Of a DNA stretch of 64,000 nt, positions 24,304-37,434 are shown piece by piece (within the stretch, counting starts at the first letter, position 1; every line of letters starts with the position of its first letter). Source of the stretch: Vitrella brassicaformis CCMP3155 (lineage: Eukaryota; Protista; Chromerida). The translations under genes and the position numbers were made by a program. The stretch lies in assembly GCA_001179505.1 (NCBI GenBank), contig CDMY01000312.1, positions 62,001 to 126,000 of the forward strand, read 5' to 3'. The notes under the pieces are model-generated. The model was not told the DNA's origin and searched no databases. It worked only from the letters and a program-made list of their open reading frames with translations.

Positions 24304-27077
24304 ATGACGCAGCAGCTGAGAATTCGATTCGAGCCTGACGGCGAAGATGCCCTGTCCATGAGCCGCCAGCAGGCCGACGGATTCGCGAGTCTATCCTGCC
24401 TGTTCGGCGAGGACGACCCGAAGAACGTCGAACCCGAGGCCGAGAACCAGCCGCTGCACTTCGATGCGTCGGCCATCGGCGTCACAAAGCGAATCGCCAG
24501 GCTGGTGCTGCGCCCGGCGGCTCACATCGCCGCCGCCATCAACAAGTGAGCGTCGTCCCGTCCACGAGGCAGATCTAGGCATCCAATCCATCCAGTGGAC
24601 AGACAGATGGGGCATCAGTGCTCATGGAATGGATGGATGGATGGATGGATGGATGGATGGCGGTCAGGTCCACGTTGGTCGAGTGCCTGCACGCCCTGGA
24701 TGCGTTCGACTGCTCGTGTGTGGGTGAGGTGCTGAAGGAGGTGGAGGACAAGGCCCTCTGGGGCCACTGGTTTGCCGACGAGACCCTCTGCGCAGCCATG
24801 CTCGACAAGCTCGTGGACGGACCCGCCATCTACCAGACCTTCCTAATGCTCCCAGGCATGAAGACCATGGTGGGTGTCAGAGAAGGGGATGGATGTGTGG
24901 CTCGGCGGAGGGCGGTGTGTGTGTCTGTGTGGATGTGTGTGTGTGTGCAGGTGGCCAAGCGCATCATCGACCGTCCCGACGTGGTGGCGCACTACATGCG
25001 GCGCGTCGAGCTGTACCGCAACAAGGCCTACGAGCAGGCCGCCGAGTGCGTGTGGATCAAGAACGTCATGGCCACCACCCTCACCATGGCCGAGAAGGGC
25101 GAGATCGAACTCACCAAGGAAAAGCTCGAGAACTTCCTCGTCAAGGTGACAACACAGATGCGGAGAGAGAGGGGAACACACTCACACACACACACACACA
25201 CGTGTGTGCACATCTGTAGACCTGGGTGTGTGGTGTGTGGTGTGGGTGTCAGTCGACAGATACGGCCACGGTGACCGAGGCGATGGAGAAGCTGTTCTGC
25301 TCGCGTGACATGCACCTCTGCACCACCGAGCTGATCGAGGACCCCTTCAAGAGCGGCACATCCACACACATCGGACAGATGGAAGTCCAGTGCGGCGGAC
25401 AGGTCAGGACAGGATAGCAGCCCAGCCCCCCGACAGACACCCCACCACACACCCCACCCCATCACCAGAGAGAGAAGAACGCCACACTCTCCCTCATCGG
25501 CCCTCTCGTCTGGTGTGTATGCGTGTGATGTCTGTGCACTGCAGACGAAAATCACCCCAGGCAACCACTTCTTCTCACTGGTGAGTTGGTCGCTGCTCTC
25601 GGTTGGTAGTGAGTGGCCCAAGAAAGAATGCGTGTGTGTCTGTCTGCACAGGCGCATGGCGTGGAGGTGAATCAGGGGGAGAGCATGAAGTTGGCGGACA
25701 TCGAGCGGTTCGAGCTGCTCCTCACACCCACCACCGACTATGGCCTGCAGACGGCATGCTTCAACGGTACACACACACCGCCACACAACACCACACACGC
25801 GTGTGAATCATGTACCTCTCTCTCTCTCTCTCTCTCTCCCTCTGTGTGTGTGTGTGTGTGTCCTTATGTTGTTGATATCAGGCCGGGCGGTGTACACCCT
25901 GGGTGGGACTGAGCTCGTGGCCGGCATACTGCCCGCAGGAAGGTGACTGAGCAGCCACAGCTGGCCAACACAAACACACCACCAGCACCAACAGCACCCC
26001 TCCCCGTGTGGTGTGCCCTGCCTGTCTGTGCACACACCAGCCTGTGTGTGTCGGTGGGATCGCACACCGAGGGAGTGTTCCAGGCGACCCGTTTCCAGAA
26101 GAAGGAACAGTACGTCGGCAGCGAGGCCACGCTGGCTGAGGTGGAGGTCGAGGTGACGGTGTACTTCTACCCCATGCGAACCTTCGCTCTGCACTACCTG
26201 CGGATGCTCATCGAATCGGTGCAGAGGGTCACTCACGGTCTTGACGGTCCCTCCTCTGTGTGCGTCGTTCAGCGCTCGTTTGACGTGTTGGGTGAGGTCG
26301 TGCACTGGACGAGCAAGCGCAACTCCGCGCCTGTGAGCGAGTGCCTCTGCATGTTCATCGCATACGCCACCAAGGGTGGGTGGGACCCTCAAGCCACACA
26401 CGCCACACGCACATAATGGCCGCTTCTCATGCCCCTCTCCCCATATGTGTGTGTGGTGTGTGTGTGTGTGTGTGTATGCAGAACTGATATGCCCCATGGA
26501 GTTGCTCACCACGTGGTTCAGCCACTGGGAGGACGTACGCAGCAGACACACAGGCTACAAGTGAGAGTGTCTGTGTCGTGACTATGACGTGTCTGTATGT
26601 CTGCAGACGCTGAGTTCGTGGACGTCGACCAAGGCCGGCCGCCTCATCAGCGGCAGCGACCCCGCCGACATCCAGCCACACGCACTCCGCATCCCAACAC
26701 TCGTCCAGGTCAGGTGCCCTCACTCCCCACCCACACACAGTCAGACATACGGAGAACGAACGCACCGGCCATCCCATCCACCCCTCCCTCTGTGTTGTGT
26801 GCAGTTGCTGAGCCCCACCATCGACGGCAACATCAAGTCGGACCTCAAGGCCACCCTCCTCTCCCAGCCCGTCATCGACACCCTCTTCGACGCCTGGCTG
26901 GCCTCCAAGCCCGGCGAGGACGCCATGGACACCTCCAGCCACGCGCGGAGCACCAATGACAGCAACAAGCGCGCGCTGGACACCTCACAAGCGCCCTCGC
27001 CCATCAGCGACTCGCACACCCCCAACACACCACCGCATGGCGGCGACAAGGATGCGAAGCGCCCGCGATTCCAATGA
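24304..27077 (+). CDS. Hypothetical multi-exon protein with a tentative SKP1/BTB-like N-terminus
   Basis: MTQQLRIRFEPDGEDALSMSRQQADGFASL...STLVECLHALDAFDC resembles the SKP1/BTB pattern. About 9 GT-AG-bounded exons, ending KRPRFQ* (NLS-like). Confidence 0.5.
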
Positions 27078-28320
27078 CCCACCACAGCACACACACAGAG
27101 GCGGGAGGGGAGGGGGGCATTGTCTTTTGGCGCGGCACAGGTAGCAATCGTAGACGTAGACAGAGAAGCCTCGTGTAGATTTGGTGAGGCAAGAAGAGCG
27201 ACAAACGAGTTGACGGTGGATTGGCCTGGAGATCTAGATGGAGGTGCCCGGCCAGTGAGTGGGATACCAGCGGCAAGTCAGACCGATTCACCTAGATAGG
27301 ATAGATCGTAGGATGGCTTCCCAGAGAGTCAGAGAGTCAGACAGACAGACAGACCGACGGCCGGGTGCGTGCCGTGCCGCGTACAGGCGGCTGGCAGGCT
27401 AGATAGGCTGTGTGCAGGAAGGCCTGCATGCCTTGCCCACCGGCAAGCAGCGTGCCGCCCAGGTAGCTAGCTCACTGCTGCTGACTTTTGGCAGACGTGA
27501 CGGACGTATGAGTAGCTTTAGTGTCATCTGTGCTGCTGCTGGCTGGTGTGCAGATGGGCTTGGGGGGGTGGGGAGGTGGGCTGCATAGACCATTGACGAA
27601 TGACAGACAGCTCGATGGCTTGGCTTCACGGCCAGATTCAAACACACATCTCACCACCACCACACACCACACACACCACACACACCAAGATGTCTTATGT
27701 CATAAAATGTCAATCGGATCGGTGTAGAGGCAACGAAACGGCATACGACACAAGCCATCAAGCCATTCCGCTAACGCGTGGATGGATGGATGGATGGAAA
27801 CACACGCACCACGGATGCAGCAAAACTGTCCCCCTCCTCGTCTGGGGTCTGGGGAACGGGGGGCGGTGGAAACACCATGTATGTGATGACAACTATACAG
27901 AAAGTCCCCCTGTGTGTGTGTGCGTGTGGACCCATTGCTGCAGTCTATAACAGGCAGGCACTGAGTGCTACAGCAGCCCCTCCACCAAGCTACGCATCTG
28001 TCCACTCTGTAGCTGACCACCAGAGAGGGAGGGAGGCAGGAATCAGACAGACGTCGCACATGAGGACATGAGACATGACGTTCAGCAGCATCCATCAAGG
28101 TAGGAAGGAAAAATCTCACCCCGCCCAGGCCACGCCACGCCACGCACCCCCACACATGCATCGCATCGCACCCAAGGACCGAACGGACCATTGGCTGGCT
28201 ACACACACCACACCCTCTCCCCATCTCCCATGTGAATATATGGCGGGCCGACATCACTGTCGCCGCAAAACAGCCCTTCCTCTCTCTCTCTCTGCCTCCA
28301 TCCCCCCTCCCTCCACACGT

Positions 28321-28487
28321 TCATCTGTACCTTTTGAAGAGCACGGCGGCGTTGTGTCCGCCAAAGCCCAGGTTGTCGCTCATCGCGTACTCGAGGGGCT
28401 CGCTCACCTCAACCGCCTTGTTGGGCACGTAATTCAGGTCGCAGTCGGGATCTAACACACACACACACACACACACAACACAGGCAC

Positions 28488-28523
<36 letters not shown>

Positions 28524-30012
28524 CAACTCGTGTAAGCCAAGACACGCAGGTGTCTCCTTCCTTCTCTCTCTGTCAGTCACTGTGTGTGTGTACCCGGGTT
28601 CTCGTAGTTGATGGTCGGCGGCACCTGGTTAGTCTCGAGCGCCTTGATGGCCACCACCGCCTCGATGCCGCCCGCCGCCCCCAGTGTGTGGCCCGTCATT
28701 GATTTGGTCGACGATACCAGCAGCTTCTTGGCGCCCTCCTCCCCTGATGGCACACAACACACGGCAGGCGAAACGAATGACACACATGAGACCGCACAGC
28801 TGTATGTTGGGTGGGGAGACAGACATACCGAATACTCTCTTGTAAGCGAGGGTCTCGAATTTGTCGTTGTAAGGTGTGGAGGTGCCGTGTGCGTTGATGT
28901 AGCCCACTTGGCTCTTGTCCTCCACACCACCGTCGGCCAGACACTGCTCCAGACACCTCGCAAGACCTGCATACACACACACACACACTTACACAGACAT
29001 GGATGCCAGCAGGTAGAGAAAGGTTCTCACCCTCTCCCTCTGGATGAGGTGCGGTGATGTGGTAGGCGTCGTCGTTGGCGCAGTAGCCCGCCAGCTCGCA
29101 GATGATCGGCGCCCCCCTCTTGATGGCGCTCTCCTCACTCTCTATGACTATCACACCAGCACCCTCACCCATCACAAAGCCTGACCTGCACACACACACA
29201 CACACACACCTTCCACACACGAGCGCGCACACACACACGGGCTTGTATGATGCATGATTGTGGTTACACACATGACCTCTTGGCGTCGAATGGCCTCGAT
29301 GCGGCCTTTGGCTGGTCGTTCCAGCCGTTGGCCATGGCCTTCATGTTGTTGAAGCCCGCGAAGGACAGCGGCGTGATGGACGCCTCGGCGCCGCCACAGA
29401 TCATGATGTCCGCCTCGTCATTCTGAATATACCGCATTGCGTCACCTATCGCATGAGCACCTGCACACACACACACACACACACAGACATCCAAGCAGTG
29501 GGTGTGAGGGTGTGGGTGCGTGTGCCACTAGTCCACCGGTTGCGCAAGCAGATGCGATGCCGTAGTTTGGCCCGCCCGCGCCGATTTCGATGGCGATGAG
29601 GCCGCTGGCGGTGTTGAGAATCATTGCTGGGATGGTGAAGGGCGACACCTTCTTGTGACCCTTGGTCATGAAATTGTCCTTCTGCTGCTCAAGGGTCTCA
29701 ATGCCGCCAATACCTGGCAGGCAACACACGTTGACACACACACATGCATCACCAGATGTGTGTGTGGCCACCGTACCAGATCCCACGAGGACGCCCACAC
29801 GTGACTTGTCGACTCCCTCCAGCCCATTGGGGTTGAGCCCCGCCCCCTCGACAGCCATCTTGGTCGCCGCCATGGCGTAGTGCACAAACCGGTCGTTACG
29901 CTTGACCTCCTTGGCATCTTTGAAATAGTCCTTCGGCTCAAACATGCCGGGCAGAATCTCGCAACCCACCTGTCACGTCACACATGGATCGGAATGCATG
30001 ACGCCGTGTATG

Positions 30013-30044
<32 letters not shown>

Positions 30045-30449
30045 GTTTCCTCACCCACCCACCTGGCAGGTCATGCCTTCAGGGTCGAACCTCGTGACCT
30101 TGTCGATGCCGCTCTTGCCCGCCACAAGGTTCGACCAGAAAGGGTCCACACCCACTCCCACGCCATTCAGCACACCGAGACCCGTCACGACAACCTTCTT
30201 CTTGTTGGCCCTGTCAGCTGTCATTCGCAGAGACGACGATGCACTGGAGAGCGGCCGCCTTCGCGCATTGCGCAGGAGAGGCAGTGAGTCGACGAAAGCT
30301 GCGTTGGCCGCTGCCTGGAACGGGGAGCGGCGCATCCTGTCGAGGCCTTCGGTGCGGACAAGGTCCATCAGTGATGTCCACAGGGCGGCGATGAGGCCCA
30401 GCAAAGGGCCGATGCCGATGGGCGTCAAGATGAAACTGCTTAGCTTCAT
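28321..30449 (-). CDS. fabF: 3-oxoacyl-ACP synthase II (KAS II), type II FAS, with bipartite plastid-type leader
   Basis: [23 protein letters not shown] (catalytic Cys), [69 protein letters not shown]. Hydrophobic leader [24 protein letters not shown] followed by an Arg/Ser/Ala-rich stretch. Confidence 0.95.
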
Positions 30450-30556
30450 TCTGCAGAACGAAGGACACTGCCTGGACGCCTTTGGAAACGGGACGTTGCA
30501 GATCTCTGGAAAAGCTCGCACAGGCAGGCGCGCGCGGGGGAGAAGAAAGGAGTGGC

Positions 30557-32604
30557 ATGGGCCTTGCGTTGTCACTCATCGTGTGTGTGGTTACGCTGTC
30601 AGCCCATTGTGTTGATCTCGATTCATCGACAGCCCTGTCCTTTGCGATGCATCATCCGCTGGTCTCGAGGATGGAGAGGACGCCGCACTCACGGCTGAAT
30701 GCAGCCAAGAAGGCTCGTGTGAGGAGATCTGAGCCGAAGAAACCGCGGACTCGGAGAGGCGATGGCATTGACGAGCTGCCGTTTTCGTCTGAGTACCACA
30801 CACCGGTGCTCTGCAATGAGGTGAGGAAGATCAAGTGCACTTCACGTTGATGTGACTGACGGTCGTCACATGACCGTGTGTCTGTCTGTTCGCGTGTATC
30901 TTGCTGTCTGTTGTTCTGCAGACGGTTGATCTCTTGGTGTGGGACTCAGATGGTGTGTACGTCGACGGCACGATGGGCGGTGGCGGGCACAGTGCGGCCA
31001 TCCTCTCTCGGCTCACGGCAGGCGGCCGCCTCATTGGCATAGACCAGGACCCAGCTGCGATTGAGGTTAGCTAAGTGGCTGGCTGGGCCGATGATGTGAC
31101 GCACGAGCCTGTGTGTGTACCATCCTCCCCGCCTCCATGCCATGGCTGTCGTCTTCAGTTTTCGTCGCAAAGACTGTCGGATGATGTTGAGAGTGGCAGG
31201 TTTCTGCCCGTGCAGGGCAACTTCGGCGACCTGCCGGCCATCCTTGACTCTGACAATGTGCGACACTTCCTCAGATCCCACAGCGATGCCGGCCCACCAC
31301 CGTTGATCAGCGGGTAGGATAAGAAGAGCACGGCGGCCGCTCACACGGACATGTCAGTCATGGTTGATTGCCTCGCTCTCTCTCCCCCCTCTCTGTCTGT
31401 GTGTCTTTGGCGTGTGCAGATTGTTGTTGGATTTGGGAGTGTCGTCTCATCAGCTGGACGACGGCGATCGGGGGTTCAGCTGGGGCAGGGAGGGCCTGCT
31501 GGACATGCGCATGGACAGGAGGGGCGCAGGGGAGACCGAACCAAGCGACGAGAGCGGGCTGTCGGCATGGCACGTAGGCAGCCACACCGGTGGATGGATG
31601 GATGGATGGATGGACGAACGGGTCACCTCTGTCTTTTTATGTGTGTGCTGCAGATTGTGAATGAGTGGTCTGAGGGGCTTATCGAGGACGTCATCCGGGA
31701 CTTCGGCGAAGACCCGAGGGCAGCGAAGATCGCGTCAAGGATCGTCCAGGTCTGTCTGTCTGTCTGCTTATCTGTCCCGCATCCCTTTGAGTGCGTATCT
31801 ATCTGTCGGTGGCTGGTGGGCGGATGCAGCACCGCCAGCAGCACGGCCCTATCGAGAGCACCAGCGACCTCACGAGCGTCGTGCTCAGGTGCTGCTCCCC
31901 AGTGCCAGCAGACCAGAAGAAAACCCTTTCGCGGGTCTTCCAGGTAGGCCACATGCCTTCTCATCTGCAGCGGCCTTCTTGGTGTGTGTGTGTGTGTGTA
32001 TTGTGTAGGGTCTGCGGATAGCTGTCAATAGAGAGCTGCGTGTGCTGGAGGACGTCCTCATGGCGGCAGCGGCGCTGATGAGGCCTCGTGGGCGGCTAGC
32101 GGTGGGAGAGAGAGAGAGAGAGAGAGACCAGCTTGACGGCTGCTCTGCCTGTGCGACCGTCCAGGTGCTGGCGTATCATTCGCTGGAGGATCGGCGAGTG
32201 AAGCGTGTCATGCGCACCGGCGCCCTCGACGTACTTTATAAGAGATCAAGCAAGCACCACACCGCTCTGTGCGTGCTGTTGCCTGGCTGTGTGCATCAGG
32301 CTGACGACGATGCTGCGGGAGTTGCTGAATCGCCATGGAAGCCACTGACGGTCGGTAGGCAGCACGACACATACACACACGTCCATCCCTCCATCTATAT
32401 GTGTGAGTGTGTGACTGACTGGTGCTGTCGGTCACATCAGAAGGCCATCAAGGCAAGTGAGCAGGAGATATCGCTCAACCCCAGGTGGGCGCGGCGCACA
32501 ATGGACGCAATCGACGTACAGCACCACACCTGAACAAAATGGTGGGTCTCTGCGCTTGCAGAGCTAGGAGCGTCCGCCTCCGTGTGGCCGAGAGACGGCA
32601 CTAA
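30557..32604 (+). CDS. rsmH: 16S rRNA m4C1402 methyltransferase RsmH/MraW family, with signal-peptide-like leader
   Basis: [48 protein letters not shown]...[44 protein letters not shown]. Leader [18 protein letters not shown]. Confidence 0.93.
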
Positions 32605-33036
32605 TCCCGAGCGTTGTCGATAGCGACACACGTGGATGGTGACATACGCACGCACATGGGTGGCGTAGCGTCCAGATGGCCGTGCCGACTTTGTGGATGG
32701 ATGGATGGACGGATGGGCACCCGTGTGTGTGTGTGTGGGTGTCTATAGCTTGCCTGCATGACGGGTGGTATCCGAACCCACTCAAAACCTTCATGCGCCA
32801 TCCATTCATTGTAAGCAGACATCATTTGTATGGCGTCAAAAGATTTGCGCGTCCACTCTGTGCAAACACACACGACATGAGCACTCGAATTACTTCCATG
32901 ACCACACGGCGGCACAGCCATCGACATGAGAGACATACATAGATGTGAAGAGCAGAAGGCCTGCCTCATGCAGTTAACCTATTCATGACTGCACGGTGTA
33001 CTCAGCCATCAAAGCAATTCCCACCGCCTGACCCTT

Positions 33037-34456
33037 CTAACTCTGAGGTCCACCGCCACCCACTGACCCACCCGTCCCCAACTCGCCCCCTCCCAACTCA
33101 CCGTCACACGAGGGGAATCGGGTGACAGTGGACTTCCTCGCCGTGAAACGGCCGAAGGGTACGAATTCTATCGTCAGGTCCCCGAAGAGTGTGTCCTCGT
33201 CGTCGTTGCCCAGCAGCTGGCGGGCCAGCTGGAGGGTCTGGGGGAAGCGGAAGGGGCCCTCCTGATCGGGCTGCGGCGTCTCTGTGGTGTAGAGGTCGAT
33301 CGTGGAATAGTGGGCGAAGCGCGTTATCATGATGCGGGCGGCGAAGGTGTCGCTCTGGCCCTCTCCACAGAGGTAGATGGAGCCGCTCCGCCGGCCGTCG
33401 TCGTCGATGCTGAGCAGCCTCGTCTGGCGACCCCAGGGGATGGCGGCCTGCAACACAAGGAGGTGCGTTAACGGAGATAGCCATCTGTCGAGCCACGCCA
33501 TTAACCTACTTGGGTCAGCAGTTCGGCAGCTCGCTGTGTCTGAGCCTGTGCTCCCCTGTTGGAGATGAAGCGATGACACATCCGCTGCTCCTCGGACGGA
33601 AAACTAGGCAGACACACACAGATCGTCCACAAGGTGGAGAAGTGGCTCCATGGCTGGTGTCGCCTTACCGCTTGACGACCAGCTGTCTGAAACTCATGTG
33701 ATCCACCTCGTTGTTGACTGATGGCAACACACACGGACACAATTGCACCCGTCATCGCCCACACATGAGCTCTTCTGATCGGCCATGTGTATCGTCCCTC
33801 TCGCTCTCACCTCTGACGATGGGGTCCGTCGGGTCGAACGAAGTGGCGAACTCGTGGCCGGCGGGGAGGGTCTGCTGTGTGTAGACGGTCACCACCTCCT
33901 CGCCCAGCTGCTCGATGCCGTCGATCTGTCTGAGGGCCACCACCCCATCTTGCCCCAGCAGGTGGCCGAAGAGGCTGTACTGCTTGAGGCTGTCCGCCCG
34001 GCCGTCAAACACCGCCTTGGACCCCACACGCCGCACGTCCGCCGGCCTCACAGTGATGGGCAGCGACTCGACCAGCCGTCCGTGTCGGGCGATGCGCAGA
34101 GGGCCCATCCACAGACCCCACTGCCCGCCATCCTCCAACACGCACAGCAGCTGCATCAAGTAGGCCATCCGCGGCATGGCCTCACCATCGCCCGGCTGGT
34201 AGCTGGCGTCGAAGGTCAGCACGCCACCTATCTGCTGGTCGGTGATGCACCGGTTGATGCGCTGGACGAGGTAGTTGTCGGTGAGCTGCTGTGTGGCCAC
34301 GCGGGAGGTCAGGCGGAGGGCAGACAGGTCCGCTGCAGTCGTGAAGTCCGCCACCGCACTGCCCGCCTCATCAAGCACCTTGAGGAAGAGGGAGGGGGAG
34401 AGTGAGGCCGCCGAAGCAGCTGATGACGCGCCCTCTGTGCGGGCACGCTTCGTCAT
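33037..34456 (-). CDS. Lineage-specific repeated-family protein, copy A (F-box-like N-terminal motif), 4 exons
   Basis: MTKRARTEG...LFLKVLDEAGSAVADFTTAADLSALRLTSR. Exons join in phase (PIVR/VNNEVDH.../FPSEEQR.../AAIPWGRQ...). Closely similar to 62447-63831 on the + strand. Confidence 0.7.
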
Positions 34457-34792
34457 CACGCCACCTTGTGTGTTTGGGACATATTCGTGTCAGATCTTTT
34501 ACTGCGCCAACGGCCGTCAACCGCAGCACTGCGGTTGAGGGTTGTACCAGAGAGGGATGCAATTATAGAGCCGCCCTCGACATGCGGGTGATGAAATAAG
34601 ACGCAATTCAAGAATGAGCGCATCTCAAAGATCTCCAAATATTTCTTCCAGCCTGACAAAATAGTGAGGAGCCGTTCTGTCGTCGTCCGCCCTGAGGGGG
34701 GGTGCCCGGGTAGAGGTTCACCCCGAGTGCGAGCCGAGGAATAAAGAGGAAAAGAGAGGAAATCAAAAATGAGAATGAGGGAGAGAAAGGCG

Positions 34793-36286
34793 ATGACTGA
34801 GAGCACCAGAACGAACCCAGGTGAGGGGAAGCACTGTCGAGCGCCGGGTTCTACTTGAAGACTAGTCACATTCATGAGGCAATTTGTTGCTTCCTGTGTC
34901 CTTCCTTCTGGGCGCTTCAGATGACAGTCCGCTGTCACAGGGCGAAAGCAACGGAGGAGGGCTTCACCAGGTGAGTGCACCCACGGTGAGGGGTTTCTCC
35001 CAGTACGAGCAGAACACACACATTCATTCATTCATTCGATGGTATCCCTGTTTTGTCTGCAGCTTTGTGTTGAAGAGCCGATGCACTCGACACACCGCAA
35101 GAGAGGGCGAGAGGGGTCAGTCAAGCAAACACCAGTCGCCCGCCCCCGACGTGAGCAGAAACTCCCTTCTCGCTTCTGCAACGACCACATCTTCTCGTTC
35201 GAGGGCTACAGCGCTCCCAAGACCAAGGCCAAGAAGCCAGCAACTGAGGCGGAGTCACGCCGGACACGTGGCAAAGCAACGAGTATGGAGTGGGAGGGGC
35301 CCCCGGGTTTGGAGGATGCACTCGACATGATGGGCGAGTTTGACGACCTGCTCACGCTCGAGCCTCGCCGCAAGACCAAGCGAGCGGCCGGCAAACGCGT
35401 CAGAGCAAAGCCACCGGCCCCGGCCAGTCGGCGCATCAAGAAGAAGACGCCCCCGGGTGTCATCAAGAAGGTCAACAAGGAGGATGGGATCGTTCCTGGC
35501 CCGCCCATCCACAAGAAGGCCGCCAAGAAGCCTGCCGCATCCGATGACGCGCTGGCCCGCAAGCTGGACAAGCTGTTTGCCCAGGCCAAGGAGGACCAGC
35601 GCAAGATGTGCATGGCCCTCGACGCCGGCTCCCGCCCCAGACGCAGAAGCCCATCCAAGCGCTTCACGGCCGACGGCCGCGAGCGGCGCGTGCCCACGTC
35701 ACAGCGCTTCTCGTCGGACACGGAGGCGCTCGATCGGCTGCTGGACGACCACCTGGAGGCTGACGGCACCCCCCGGTGCGGCGTCAAGAGCCTCATGTCC
35801 AACGCACGCGGGGCTGTCTACCAGGCGTGTTTGTCGCGGGGCTACCGTGCGCCCGTCAAGATCGTCTCGTCGGGCGACGCCGGCCTGTGTGTACTGGCGG
35901 GCAAGGACCTGGAGAAGGGCGAGTACGTCTGTGAGTACGAGGGGGAGCTGGTGACGGAGGCCACGGCCAAGGAGAGAGAGCAGCAGTACGCTCAGATGGG
36001 CAAGGGGTGCTACATCTTCACGTTCAGCCTCAACAACAGCCGCTGGTGCGTCGACGCGACCGACGACAGCATGGCGGCAGCGTGGGGGCCGGGGCGGCTG
36101 GTGAACCACTCGATCACCCCCAATCTGGTGGGCCGGGCCTACCTGGACACCAACCAGTCGCCCCCCAAGCCCCGGCTGTGCTTCGTGTGCCGCCAGGACG
36201 TCGACAAGGGCGATGAGCTCCTGGTCGACTACAACGAGCGCGACCCTCAGGCCGTCAAGGCCTTCCCGTGGCTGCTCAGTAGCTGA
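34793..36286 (+). CDS. SET8: SET-domain lysine methyltransferase, PR-Set7/SET8 (H4K20)-like
   Basis: GLCVLAGKDLEKGEYVCEYEGEL, GCYIFTF...WCVDAT, GRLVNHS..PNL, DVDKGDELLVDYNERD...AFPWL*. Two short 5' exons inferred (MTESTRTNP/DDSPL...HQ). Confidence 0.85.
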
Positions 36287-37434
36287 CCGACCGACCGACA
36301 AAGGAGAGGGAGGGAGGGAGGGAGGGAGGGGGACACAACAAGGGCAAGGGAAGGTGTGTGTGTGGGGTGGGTGGGTGCGTGAACGGCATGCATGCCCCCG
36401 CTGGTGGGGATGGGGCGTGAGCTAGTTTAAACGGATGGATGGATGGATGGATGGTTGGGCGCCCGTCATGAGCATCTTTGACTGACTGGATTCTATGCCA
36501 GCCTGCTGGGGGGTGGTTTGGCATGCTGGACGAGTACGTTCGTACGTCAGATGGACGGGTGCCGACTGGCAGGCAGGGGCGGCGATCTGTACGTTAGTTA
36601 TGTGGTGTTCGCTGCGTGTCGAGATGTGTTGCGTGGGTCACCTCTCCCCGGTGTGGACGCGTCGGGGGCGTACCTACGTCACCTAGAGACGAGCCCGCAG
36701 ACTAGAGAGATGACACGCACACGCCCAGACACTTGGGTGAGCGAATGGCGACGGAGAACGACTGGCTGGCGCTGGCTGGGTGCATGCCGTGTGGCGATGA
36801 ATGATTGCATTGGATTGGAATGGAATGGAATGCAATGCCTGTGTGTGTTCACTATCCATATATGTAGCTGCACGCGATGCACGCGCCAGTCAGTGAAGTC
36901 AGTTGGCACATGTACTTCTACCTACCCTACCTCAGTATTTGTTACGCGTTACTTGCTCTCAGAGGCACCTACATGCAATTGCACGTGTGTGAATTTGCAA
37001 CTTGTACAGCGGCGGGCGAGGGAGGGAGAGAGGGGGAGAGCTGCTGTCGTGTTAGCCGTAATGTACCTGACTGCCTGCCTGTCTCCCTGCCTTCGTCGAA
37101 GCCCTGAACGAGACAAAGACTGCCTTACTGCCATACTTAACACTCCAGCTGTGATGAAAATATCAATTAGCCTTGAGTCAGAATCATATGTCTGATCTAC
37201 GGCTTAGCGTCAGATGACAATCCACAGACCGCACGTGCCACATCAACCGCATGCACCTGTACACGCACTTGTGTACCGACCGTACCCAGCATGCATACCA
37301 ACCAGAAGGCTATACATCACATCACATCAAATCACATCCTAGCTAATCATCTGTCCGACTGACTGACCCACCGACCGACCCATCATGATCACAGCGTTAG
37401 TTATCGACAAAACAGACGCGCACGCAGCCTAGGT

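Noticed and set aside
28321-32604. Bacterial operon remnant or recent HGT block (fabF, rsmH)
   Set aside because: The genes are divergent, intron-rich, carry eukaryotic targeting leaders and match host composition; this fits ordinary endosymbiont-derived nuclear genes.
34517-34538. 10-bp-stem inverted repeat TCAACCGCAG-CA-CTGCGGTTGA in the copy A/SET8 divergent promoter
   Set aside because: A single short instance with a 2-nt loop and no second copy seen; it could be a dimeric binding site, but is unsupported.
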